Notes under the pieces: model-generated
The model's database searches: none
Seen by the model: only the letters and a program-made list of their open reading frames with translations
What the model was told of the DNA's origin: nothing
Made by a program: the position numbers and the translations under genes
In this document: piece after piece, positions 16,564 through 24,874 of the stretch
How positions within the stretch are numbered: position 1 is the stretch's first letter
Layout of the letters: each line of letters begins with the position of its first letter
NCBI RefSeq assembly: GCF_023566055.1
Contig: NZ_JALIQP010000001.1
Coordinates: forward strand, 610,059 to 642,058
DNA: 32,000 nucleotides
From: Halosolutus amylolyticus
GTDB taxonomy: Archaea; Halobacteriota; Halobacteria; Halobacteriales; Natrialbaceae
Direction: 5' to 3'

Positions 16564-17911
16564 GCTCACCGCTGACGACCTCGTCGACGCTACTACCGAA
16601 GAGTTACTCACCTATCTTCGGACCGGCGCGTTAAACACGCAAGCGCTCACCCACTCCCTCAATTACGAAGGCCTCGATATCGAGGACTGGGATCGCCTCA
16701 AACGCATCCACTTCTGCCTCACTGACGACGTTCACAACTTCATTACTGCACTCCCAGACCGCGTCCGGCGCATCAAAACCGAACACCAGCGCGAACACCT
16801 CCAAACCCGCGGTGAAATTCGCGGCTCAATCAACTGGGGCTCAACCCTTCGAGTTCAATCCGAAACCGGTTACGCCGACCGTAGCCAATTCGTCTGCAAC
16901 ACTCCCTACACCGAATACGACATCCCCGAAAACCGAGTTCTGAAACGTCTTCTCTGGGAAATCCACCGAACCGTCACGAAAGAACTTCAGAGCATCGAGT
17001 ACGAGTGGCGACGAGAAAACTGGACTGACGACCAACTCACCCAGTTCACACGGTTATACAAACAAAACGTCCACCTCAACCGCATCACTGACGGTCAATC
17101 AATCTCTGTCTCTGGGAAAGACATGAACGCGGCTCGACGATCACGCCTCTCGATTTACTCCGACGCATACGACCTCTACGACAAATACCAACGCCTCCAA
17201 TCCGACACCTTCGACCCAGACATCACCGACCTCCTTGCTGAAACACTCGTCATCCCAACCGAGACACCAACACTATTCGAACTGTTCTGCTGTTTCCGCA
17301 TTATCCGAATACTCGATCGCCGCGTTCCTGGGTTCTCACTTCACCCCATCGACGGGCAAAGCAACGCCCTTGCTCACCTCGAATCAGACGAGACACGCAT
17401 CGAAATCTACCACGACAGCACCGGAAACCTCAGCTTCCATGAACCACTCAACCCAGAACACCGACCGACACACCCTTCGTTCGCCCGCTACCACGATGCC
17501 CTCACCGACTACAGCAACACCCTCGAAACCCTCACCGGCAACTCCCACGACCCCGTCCTCTACAGTGGCCGCCCCGACCTCATCATCGAAATCTACGACA
17601 CCACAGCCGACGATCAACTCGTCTCCGTCCTCCTCGGCGAAATCAAACACTCAAACACGACACAAACCTTCAAACAAGGCCTCGAAGAACTCCTCACATA
17701 CCGCCAATTCGCCAACCATGATGGGTACCTCATCGACGACCCAGACGTCACAGTCACCACCCTCCTCATCACAAACGGCGTCACAACTTCAGGCGAAAGC
17801 AGCACCGTCACCCATCTCGACGGAACGGACCTACTTACTCCGCAATCAGAACAACCCCACGATTGGATCAACTTACTCACCGACCCACTTGCCAACCTCA
17901 ACCAAGCATAG
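16553..17911 (+). CDS. mcrC: McrC-like PD-(D/E)xK nuclease subunit
   Basis: Overlaps the mcrB-like stop by 11 nt. The C-terminal GRPDLIIEIYD...VLLGEIKHS (17576-17647) is a PD...ExK motif. Size and position match McrC. Confidence 0.7.
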   Translation: MTRKLTADDLVDATTEELLTYLRTGALNTQALTHSLNYEGLDIEDWDRLKRIHFCLTDDVHNFITALPDRVRRIKTEHQREHLQTRGEIRGSINWGSTLRVQSETGYADRSQFVCNTPYTEYDIPENRVLKRLLWEIHRTVTKELQSIEYEWRRENWTDDQLTQFTRLYKQNVHLNRITDGQSISVSGKDMNAARRSRLSIYSDAYDLYDKYQRLQSDTFDPDITDLLAETLVIPTETPTLFELFCCFRIIRILDRRVPGFSLHPIDGQSNALAHLESDETRIEIYHDSTGNLSFHEPLNPEHRPTHPSFARYHDALTDYSNTLETLTGNSHDPVLYSGRPDLIIEIYDTTADDQLVSVLLGEIKHSNTTQTFKQGLEELLTYRQFANHDGYLIDDPDVTVTTLLITNGVTTSGESSTVTHLDGTDLLTPQSEQPHDWINLLTDPLANLNQA

Positions 17912-18042
17912 TACTCCAACTACAGCTGGTACACTCATCAACGGGACTCTAGGTCTTGACCTTCTATAGTTGAGTGCAATAATTGTGCCACTCACATGAA
18001 CATCTTTCAAGTTTTCAATTACAGCACCAGATAGGGTAGGGT

Positions 18043-18050
18043 ATTAAATC
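18043..18050 (+). promoter_or_regulatory. TATA-like box for the zinc-ribbon repeat gene
   Basis: tattaaat is centred about 27 nt upstream of the ATG at 18073. Confidence 0.3.
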
Positions 18051-18072
18051 TGATGAGATTGTCAATTCGACT

Positions 18073-18552
18073 ATGAGTGAGGCTACCACAACCTGTGATC
18101 AGTGCGGGATAGAGATACCAACCGAGGAAGAGCAAATCACCATCTACCCAGAGACGTACTGCTTCGACTGTTTCGACGGCGACTGTGCTCGCTGCGGTGT
18201 TGATATTAGCGATGCCGATGATCGAGTACAGAAATTTGATGATTATTTTTGTACAGAATGCGCCGAGCGGTTATGCTACAACTGTGGAAAACACATCGAG
18301 GATTTAGATAATCGGAACGTGATCCGAGGACTCGTTCGTTGTAATCAGTGTAAATGGCATATGCTCGGCAATCTTTGCTGTGGTTGTGGGACAGATATTT
18401 CGAATTCAACTCAAAAAGTGGCTGCGGGAGGGACACACCGATACTGCGCTGATTGTAAGAAAGATTTACCCGATGATGTGGAAATCGAGGAATACCCCTT
18501 CGATTTTGAGTCTCCCAACGACAATAACGAGGAACAAGACGCGCCATTCTGA
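18073..18552 (+). CDS. cysteine-rich protein built of four tandem zinc-ribbon (CxxC...CxxC) repeats with an acidic tail
   Basis: Four units: CDQCGIEI..x..CFDC, CARCGVDI..x..CTEC, CYNCGKHI..x..CNQC, CCGCGTDI..x..CADC. Acidic C-terminus DFESPNDNNEEQD. A/T-richer than the neighbouring genes. Confidence 0.7.
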   Translation: MSEATTTCDQCGIEIPTEEEQITIYPETYCFDCFDGDCARCGVDISDADDRVQKFDDYFCTECAERLCYNCGKHIEDLDNRNVIRGLVRCNQCKWHMLGNLCCGCGTDISNSTQKVAAGGTHRYCADCKKDLPDDVEIEEYPFDFESPNDNNEEQDAPF

Positions 18553-18685
18553 ATACTACTCTACCGGGTTATCATTTCCTCGCAATCTATACTGGTACTT
18601 AATCAACTTCGACACTTCACAAAGACTCTGGCATTGTACTAACCGCTATGTTACACCACGTTGCTCCGTCAGTTCAATCCCTATT

Positions 18686-19672
18686 CTACACCCACGCGAG
18701 TGACGCGTTGTGCTGCGCAAGGTACTCCGGATTCAGGATCTTATTTCGAAGCGGGACTCGTTCACCGTCTTGCTCGATAATCGTTCGCTGTAACAACTCG
18801 CTTTGCGTCTTGAACGACGGATTTACGTGCAGTCGGTAGTCTCGATCGATCGTGAACAGGCCACGGTCGAACGCAGCGTGATGCGTCTTACTCAGCGGGA
18901 GTACGTTCATCAAATCCGCCCTGTACTCCGGGTAGTCACTCCACGATAATACGTGAGCCACGTCCAACAACCCAGGGTGATCAACACCCGAGATCGGGCA
19001 TTCTTGGTCATGACGCGAAATCACCGTCGCACGGAACTCAGGATCAACCGCACGAGCGTGAATCGTCGTCGCGTACGTCCCAGCACTCATTACCTCGTCG
19101 TCCATTGACGGCGCCCAGTCTGAATCACCCCATTCCGCAACAGCGTTCTCGACGAACGACCGGCCTTCATTCGTCAACATGAACGCGTCGCCTCGCTCCT
19201 CGACGAGCCCCATGCTCCGCAACCAATTCACTCGCTGACGAGCCATATCCGTCTCCCCACGACTCCACCCTAACTCCGGATGCGTATCCAACTGCTGGTC
19301 ACTCACCTCCCCAAGCGTCATCGGCCCAGCCGACAACGCATACAGCAGACTCCGAAGCCCAACATTCCGATCACACATAATGCGAAGCAACGTCCCCACA
19401 TCACCCTGCTCAATGTACTCACGGCCAGGATCACCGAGTCCCCAATGGTCGTTCGTCTGGCGGAGGAACCCGACCTGCTGTAAATAACTCACCCGGCGCA
19501 TAATCGAGTCCCGACTCGACACGTTCTGGAATGAACCACGATGCCACCCTACGAGTTCATCCGTCGTCGGGTGATGCGCCGCCACGAACTCAAGCACCGC
19601 ATCCAACGTCTCAACATACCGCGTCCTACCACCGAACATCGGGACAATACTACGCAGACGATTCGGAGCCAT
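18686..19672 (-). CDS. HNH (HNH_2-type) endonuclease with tandem N-terminal winged-helix domains
   Basis: The C-terminus CPISGVDHPGLLDVAHVLSWSDYPEYRADLMNVLPLSKTHHAAFDRGLFTID fits the HNH_2 pattern (aaHI.p...NgL.L...H..FD.g). The N-terminus contains an internal duplication (RRVSYLQQVGFLRQTNDHWGLGDPGREYIE / QRVNWLRSMGLVEERGDAFMLTNEGRSFVE). Confidence 0.85.
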   Translation of the reverse strand: MAPNRLRSIVPMFGGRTRYVETLDAVLEFVAAHHPTTDELVGWHRGSFQNVSSRDSIMRRVSYLQQVGFLRQTNDHWGLGDPGREYIEQGDVGTLLRIMCDRNVGLRSLLYALSAGPMTLGEVSDQQLDTHPELGWSRGETDMARQRVNWLRSMGLVEERGDAFMLTNEGRSFVENAVAEWGDSDWAPSMDDEVMSAGTYATTIHARAVDPEFRATVISRHDQECPISGVDHPGLLDVAHVLSWSDYPEYRADLMNVLPLSKTHHAAFDRGLFTIDRDYRLHVNPSFKTQSELLQRTIIEQDGERVPLRNKILNPEYLAQHNASLAWV

Positions 19673-19898
19673 GTGGAAATAGTGACAGGGTCCGATGATG
19701 ATACTTTCCCCCGATCAACAGTAAAGTGTTGACGGAGAATGAACGTCGGTACGACTCTGGAATCGTCAATCGGTGGCTGCAGGCTCACAGCGGGTTCTGT
19801 TGAATCTCTTTGCCACCGATCTCAATGTAGATCGATGAAAATCGTTATCGGATCAATCTGGCAGCGGTATCACCCTATGACGGGTTATCTTCAGACGA

Positions 19899-22373
19899 TT
19901 AGTCTGTGACTTGGGATTGCAAACCGCCAAGCCGCCGGTCTTCTAACCGGTTCCGCATATCTCGTTTTACGAGCTCTTCGATATCGTCTTTAACAGTTTC
20001 AAATTCATCAGGTTGTGTCGAGAACGCGAGCGAATCCAATGTGTCTGCGATGAGATCTGCCTTTCGGGAAGCAACATTTTGATAATTCCAGTAATGGTTG
20101 AAATACTTCTCAACCTCGCTGAGGTTAGCTTCGTTCGATTCGTCAGTCGTAAAGTCAATCTCAGATGACTGGAGCTTTTCCAGTTTTCTTCTATCCAAAT
20201 CACCATCTGCAGTAAGATGTTTATTAGCTCCAATCTCACGAAAATCGTCATCTAAGTAACGGTAGAGTTTCCGAGAGAAGAGACGATTTTGAATCGATGT
20301 ATTGATATCTTCGCGGAGGAGAATCACATTCCCCAGATCGCGGACAAACCGGTCCTGAATACCGGAAATGATATCTTCCGCTCGTTGCGCAGCCTGACTA
20401 TCATCATTCAGATTGATAGCGTCTAACTGTTCAAGTTCTACAACTTGGTTCGCAATCTGAGTGTCAACGTCATCAGTTTTGAAGAACAATTTTAGCCACG
20501 CATAAGGGTCATAGGCATCCTCACGAAGCATATTCACTGGAAGTACGTGTTCTAAATGAATACTATCTACATTCAGTTCAACAGAGATTGAGGATGCACC
20601 ACTTTGCTCGTAGTGCATCTCTGAGGAGAGTTTCCAAAGCAAATTCTTCAGGTTCTTGTTCCCCCACTCAGTTTTTTGTACAAGCGTTGTTACGAACCCT
20701 GATCCAAACATTTGTGGTGCCGCTTCACGGGCCTCTCGGACCATGAAGTTCTCTAAATCAGAGGCAGAAAATTCATCCTCGTCTTCAAGCCGCCGAAATT
20801 CATGTGTTGCCTTGACATATAGTGGCTCAACGGTATTTGCTGGCGTCTCGACGAACACCCGTCGAAAGCTAATATTCTCAACAGCTCGCATGACTTTGAG
20901 CAATAGTTGGTTCCCACCCGGAGATTGGTCTACAGACTGGTAGACATATGTAACGAGCGGACGCCACTGAATCGTTCGAAGACCATCTAATCGAGCAAGT
21001 ATCTCTTCACATTCTCGCTTGATGCCACTGATATCTGATTGCGCACTCGTGAGTTCGCCACGTTTGATATCTAAATAGTACCGTTTGAAGGTCCCAATTT
21101 CCGTTAAAAGCTCTCTCGCTTCATCAGCGGTCTCCATCCGTGGGTCCGCGCCAGATTCACCGTCTTTCGTCCGGAACACGTCAAGCAATGCTTTGTTCAC
21201 ATCAGAGAGTTTCGAGATAGACTCATCAGTAGCAGCAATAAAATACGTCAGGAACCGCTTGATCTCTCGGCTATCAGCGCCAAAGGACTTGATTACGTCT
21301 TCCCAGATCTCAGTGTACTTATCAGCATCAACTTCCCCAGCAAACCGATTGAGAATTCGCGCTCGAATTAGGTCTATTTCGGCTAAATCTAGACCCTTAT
21401 CATTGAGCGACTCGAAAATATTCATCCGGAGTGTCGCCTCTTCTGACTCAATTGAACAAAGTGAGATCACAAATGACCGAAGAACGTAATTCTTGAGATT
21501 AATTAACAGGATAACTTGTCGTTCTTGATCGTTAATATCCTCTAAAAGAGCATCGAGATGGTTATCAAAGAAATTGTAGGCGTGAATGAGCCGCTTGTGC
21601 GATTCGGCGAAATAAATATATTCATTCTGTTCAGCGTCTTCAAATTCACTTTTAAGAGACGAATCTCCAATTCTATCAATTAGCTCACCTACCTGAATAG
21701 CCTCTTTGAAACGTGCGTCGTATTTTCCCCGATCCATCTCTTGTCTGTCTTCAAGATACTCCTGTCGGCGAGCCGGTTGTAGGAGGAATTTATTATAGAA
21801 GTCAGTGTCGTGTTTATTGAGTCGAATTGATGTTGTTGTAGCTGTAAATTCCCCAGTATCATACAGTACGTCTTTCAGTTGGTCAAGTGTGCTATTGACG
21901 AACGAAGCTAAATCCGGATATAGATCATCCGCTCGTTCTTCCAATTTTTGTTTAAGAACAAACAGGAATATTGAGGTGGTTGTCAGTCTCTGTTGTCCAT
22001 CGATGATTTCAAGCCGTGATCCACTCCCATCTTCGGCAATATAGATGCTACCAAAATACAGTCCAAAAACTTGCTCCCCCGACTGTTCTGCCGGCATATG
22101 AACGAAATCTGTAATGACTTCCCAGAATTCTTTGATCTGTTTATGTTTCCACGAATAAAGTCGCTGATACGGCGGAACGGCAAAATGATTATCAAGTAAA
22201 ACTTCATGTAAATCCTTCCGATCAATTTCCATTTTATCCTTGATTGACTCGCCAAAGGCAGAGAGGTTCCCAAATGGAATTTCGCTATCAAACCGTAGGT
22301 CATCGGATCCGCCTGCTGATTCGTCTAAATACGCAATCACCCGAGAGGAAGCGATATTGGACGGGTCAGTCAT
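19899..22373 (-). CDS. GmrSD-family (DUF262 + DUF1524) type IV restriction-like nuclease
   Basis: N-terminal DUF262 motifs AVPPYQRLYSWKHKQIKEFW and IIDGQQRLTT (21978-22001). C-terminal DUF1524/HNH-like motifs IHLEHVLP and GNVILLREDINTSIQNRLFSRK. The track start at 22481 is GTG and adds 36 non-acidic residues, so I prefer the ATG at 22373 (MTDPSNIASS). Confidence 0.85.
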   Translation of the reverse strand: MTDPSNIASSRVIAYLDESAGGSDDLRFDSEIPFGNLSAFGESIKDKMEIDRKDLHEVLLDNHFAVPPYQRLYSWKHKQIKEFWEVITDFVHMPAEQSGEQVFGLYFGSIYIAEDGSGSRLEIIDGQQRLTTTSIFLFVLKQKLEERADDLYPDLASFVNSTLDQLKDVLYDTGEFTATTTSIRLNKHDTDFYNKFLLQPARRQEYLEDRQEMDRGKYDARFKEAIQVGELIDRIGDSSLKSEFEDAEQNEYIYFAESHKRLIHAYNFFDNHLDALLEDINDQERQVILLINLKNYVLRSFVISLCSIESEEATLRMNIFESLNDKGLDLAEIDLIRARILNRFAGEVDADKYTEIWEDVIKSFGADSREIKRFLTYFIAATDESISKLSDVNKALLDVFRTKDGESGADPRMETADEARELLTEIGTFKRYYLDIKRGELTSAQSDISGIKRECEEILARLDGLRTIQWRPLVTYVYQSVDQSPGGNQLLLKVMRAVENISFRRVFVETPANTVEPLYVKATHEFRRLEDEDEFSASDLENFMVREAREAAPQMFGSGFVTTLVQKTEWGNKNLKNLLWKLSSEMHYEQSGASSISVELNVDSIHLEHVLPVNMLREDAYDPYAWLKLFFKTDDVDTQIANQVVELEQLDAINLNDDSQAAQRAEDIISGIQDRFVRDLGNVILLREDINTSIQNRLFSRKLYRYLDDDFREIGANKHLTADGDLDRRKLEKLQSSEIDFTTDESNEANLSEVEKYFNHYWNYQNVASRKADLIADTLDSLAFSTQPDEFETVKDDIEELVKRDMRNRLEDRRLGGLQSQVTD

Positions 22374-22687
22374 ATTGATGAATGCTACTGATGTTGGCAG
22401 CTGTTTAATTATTCTGCTTTGTAAAGTGGAGCCGAATGTAAATAAGCTAGAATAAAACGTTCTGTCAATATTTCTTCGCACTACTTCCCGTCACATCGAT
22501 CTGTAATCATTTAGCCTATACAAACAGAACAGGCGTGTCGTACTCGCCGTGATTTGTGTTGTCTCCACCCGAACATATACCGAGACCCGTTCCCGAATGG
22601 CTGGTTCTGCCTACCTAAGGAATCATTATAATTTTGATTTTGTAAGTTGATCTCCTATTAAGGTAAATCATCAAGAAATATATTTTC

Positions 22688-24874
22688 TCACCAAGTTAGT
22701 AAAGCTATAGGAGGCAACATCTCATGAAGACTAATTCCACCATGGACATATCGATCATCGTCACTGCTATTTGTTAGAATGGTCCGATGTTTTGCGAAAA
22801 TGAAATCTTCATCAGGTAGCCGATAGTCCTCGCTTGCACTATCCATTGCTAAGTGGCATCCTTTCGGTTTCTCCCACGGACCACCACGGGCATATCTTGT
22901 ACCTGATTTGTATGCATCGTAGTTGCTCACTCGGCGTTCATCATCTGCTCTGGTAGCTCCATGGTCACTAATGAGTATGATAGCACCTTCGTCAGATGGA
23001 TCCAATTCTGGAATTTGTGTGATTTGATGGGCTATATTGTCTTTGAAGAATTGGATTGGAATCTGTCGGAAAGATCGGTCTCCTTGAAGCTGTGAAGTTA
23101 TACTTGACTGACCGCCAAAGTTGTGAGTCAGCTTATCTGAGAAGTGGTAGATGAGCGATTTGAGCCGTGCCTCCGATTTCATGATCCTTTCTGCTTTCCG
23201 TCTCTTGCTGGATACACCAGCCGGGTTCTGATATTTTAAATCGTCTCCGTGTAGTCCAGTGGAATCACGGAACCAGTCCTCTTCATCTGCATTCCCTACG
23301 TTGTACAGGTATTTCCCGTACTCATGCTCAAGTTCCCTTGGGGACTTCCCGGTCAATAGAGTATTGCGGGCGTACGGTGTTGCCGTCGGAAGAATCGAGA
23401 CGTAGGGGTGATCTTCAACTATAGAGAAGGTGTCATTGAGGGTTTCTCTAATACCTAGCCAATGATCAAACCGGAGACCATCAAAGACAATTACATAGAC
23501 TGTGGGGTAGTCTTCGACTGCCTCCAGAATATATTCGTCTAAGATATCCCAGCTGAGTGTGACATTTGAATCGTGGATCCACGAGAGGTAGTGGTCATCG
23601 ACTGCGTCACAGAAGCTCTGGTCGGTCCTCTGCCACAGGTCTTCGAACTTCCAGACCAGTTCTTGGCGGTTGATCTCGTCGACGATGTGGCCTAGTTCGG
23701 AGAGGTCTTGGAAAATGTCCAACCAGTGGTTGGCATCAGAGATCTCACTGTCTATTTCTTCGTTGATGCTGGCGAAGCGGTTGATGAAGTCAATTGCCTT
23801 GGACAGATTATCGACATCGTGATTTGCTGCCTGAAGTTCTGTAAAGACAGTCTCGTGGCTGGTTTCCACTTCCTGTGCTTCTACTATAGAATCAACAGTT
23901 TGAGAGGAAATTGATGAAGCCGCGGTAGGCAAAAGAAATCCGGTTGCTGCTTCTGAGGGTGAGGAGTTCCCTGCACGTGTCTGAAGGGTTTCTCTATTGA
24001 TGTCCCTGTCTGCTTGATTGATTTGATCTTGGAAACGGTCTGGGTCGAGTTCTAAGGCAAGGCCGAGAATTTCACTATAGTCTTCATCAGGTGGTGACTC
24101 AAGTAGTGCGTCAACCCAATCAAGGTCCTGACCAAGCGAGTTCAAGCACCGGACAGTCCAGACGGCATTAGCAAATCTTCTACGCTCCTCATCAGACGAT
24201 AGAACTGGAGCAAATTCCGCTACCTTCGGCAAACGAGATTTTGCTTCAGCCTCAAGAACATCCTGAACCGTGATTTTAAGATCTGTATCATCGAAATCAG
24301 ATGTCTCGAAGATCCCTTTCTCTGTAGCCAGATTATATTGATCATTGACATTAACCGGGTTCCGGAAATCCACCTCTGAGGCATAGTATAACAGCAGTTC
24401 GATGGTCTCTTCTCTATCAAACCGTCCAGTAATCCCGTTCCATTTACAAAACGAGATAAAGTCCTCTATCTGTTCCGAGAGATAGTTGTCAGCAACTGCG
24501 TCAAGGATCAGCGGAAACTCTACTTCACGCAGAAGATCTGTCGGAGTAAGTTCGACGGGTGCAGAGATACCCTGTTCGTCAAGGATATCTCCCAACTCTG
24601 CTGTGAGCTGTTCGCTATCCCATGTGGAGAGAGCGATGACCATTGGTTGCCCCGTTTCCCGTGAGGATTCATATTCCTCTCGAAAATCTAGGTAGCGGTA
24701 GCGGTCGTATGTGATTATCTCGTACTCATAGTGATCAGTTCCAATCTCCTCATGATCAAGTTCATCCAGCAGACCATACTGGTCATCGATAAGAACAACA
24801 GGAGAGGCTCTATCAGAGAGAAACCCCGTAACTAACTCCTGAAATGTATCTGTCTTAGCTGAAGCCATGTTCAC
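22688..24874 (-). CDS. pglZ: PglZ-domain alkaline-phosphatase-superfamily protein (BREX core)
   Basis: VYVIVFDGLRFDHW, AIILISDHGAT and RYVHGGISLHEMLPPIALL lie in the C-terminal half, with a roughly 450-aa N-terminal domain as in BREX PglZ. The start is GTG at 24874 (GTGA overlap with the brxC stop) or ATG at 24868. Confidence 0.85.
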   Translation of the reverse strand: MNMASAKTDTFQELVTGFLSDRASPVVLIDDQYGLLDELDHEEIGTDHYEYEIITYDRYRYLDFREEYESSRETGQPMVIALSTWDSEQLTAELGDILDEQGISAPVELTPTDLLREVEFPLILDAVADNYLSEQIEDFISFCKWNGITGRFDREETIELLLYYASEVDFRNPVNVNDQYNLATEKGIFETSDFDDTDLKITVQDVLEAEAKSRLPKVAEFAPVLSSDEERRRFANAVWTVRCLNSLGQDLDWVDALLESPPDEDYSEILGLALELDPDRFQDQINQADRDINRETLQTRAGNSSPSEAATGFLLPTAASSISSQTVDSIVEAQEVETSHETVFTELQAANHDVDNLSKAIDFINRFASINEEIDSEISDANHWLDIFQDLSELGHIVDEINRQELVWKFEDLWQRTDQSFCDAVDDHYLSWIHDSNVTLSWDILDEYILEAVEDYPTVYVIVFDGLRFDHWLGIRETLNDTFSIVEDHPYVSILPTATPYARNTLLTGKSPRELEHEYGKYLYNVGNADEEDWFRDSTGLHGDDLKYQNPAGVSSKRRKAERIMKSEARLKSLIYHFSDKLTHNFGGQSSITSQLQGDRSFRQIPIQFFKDNIAHQITQIPELDPSDEGAIILISDHGATRADDERRVSNYDAYKSGTRYARGGPWEKPKGCHLAMDSASEDYRLPDEDFIFAKHRTILTNSSDDDRYVHGGISLHEMLPPIALLTW

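Noticed and set aside
17235-17969. A 244-aa plus-strand ORF in an alternative frame across the mcrC-like gene, extending 58 nt past its stop.
   Set aside because: Its product is Ser/Thr/Pro-rich and low in complexity, as expected from a frame shift of acidic GAC/GAA-rich coding sequence. The mcrC frame carries a PD...ExK motif and an operon-style overlap with mcrB.
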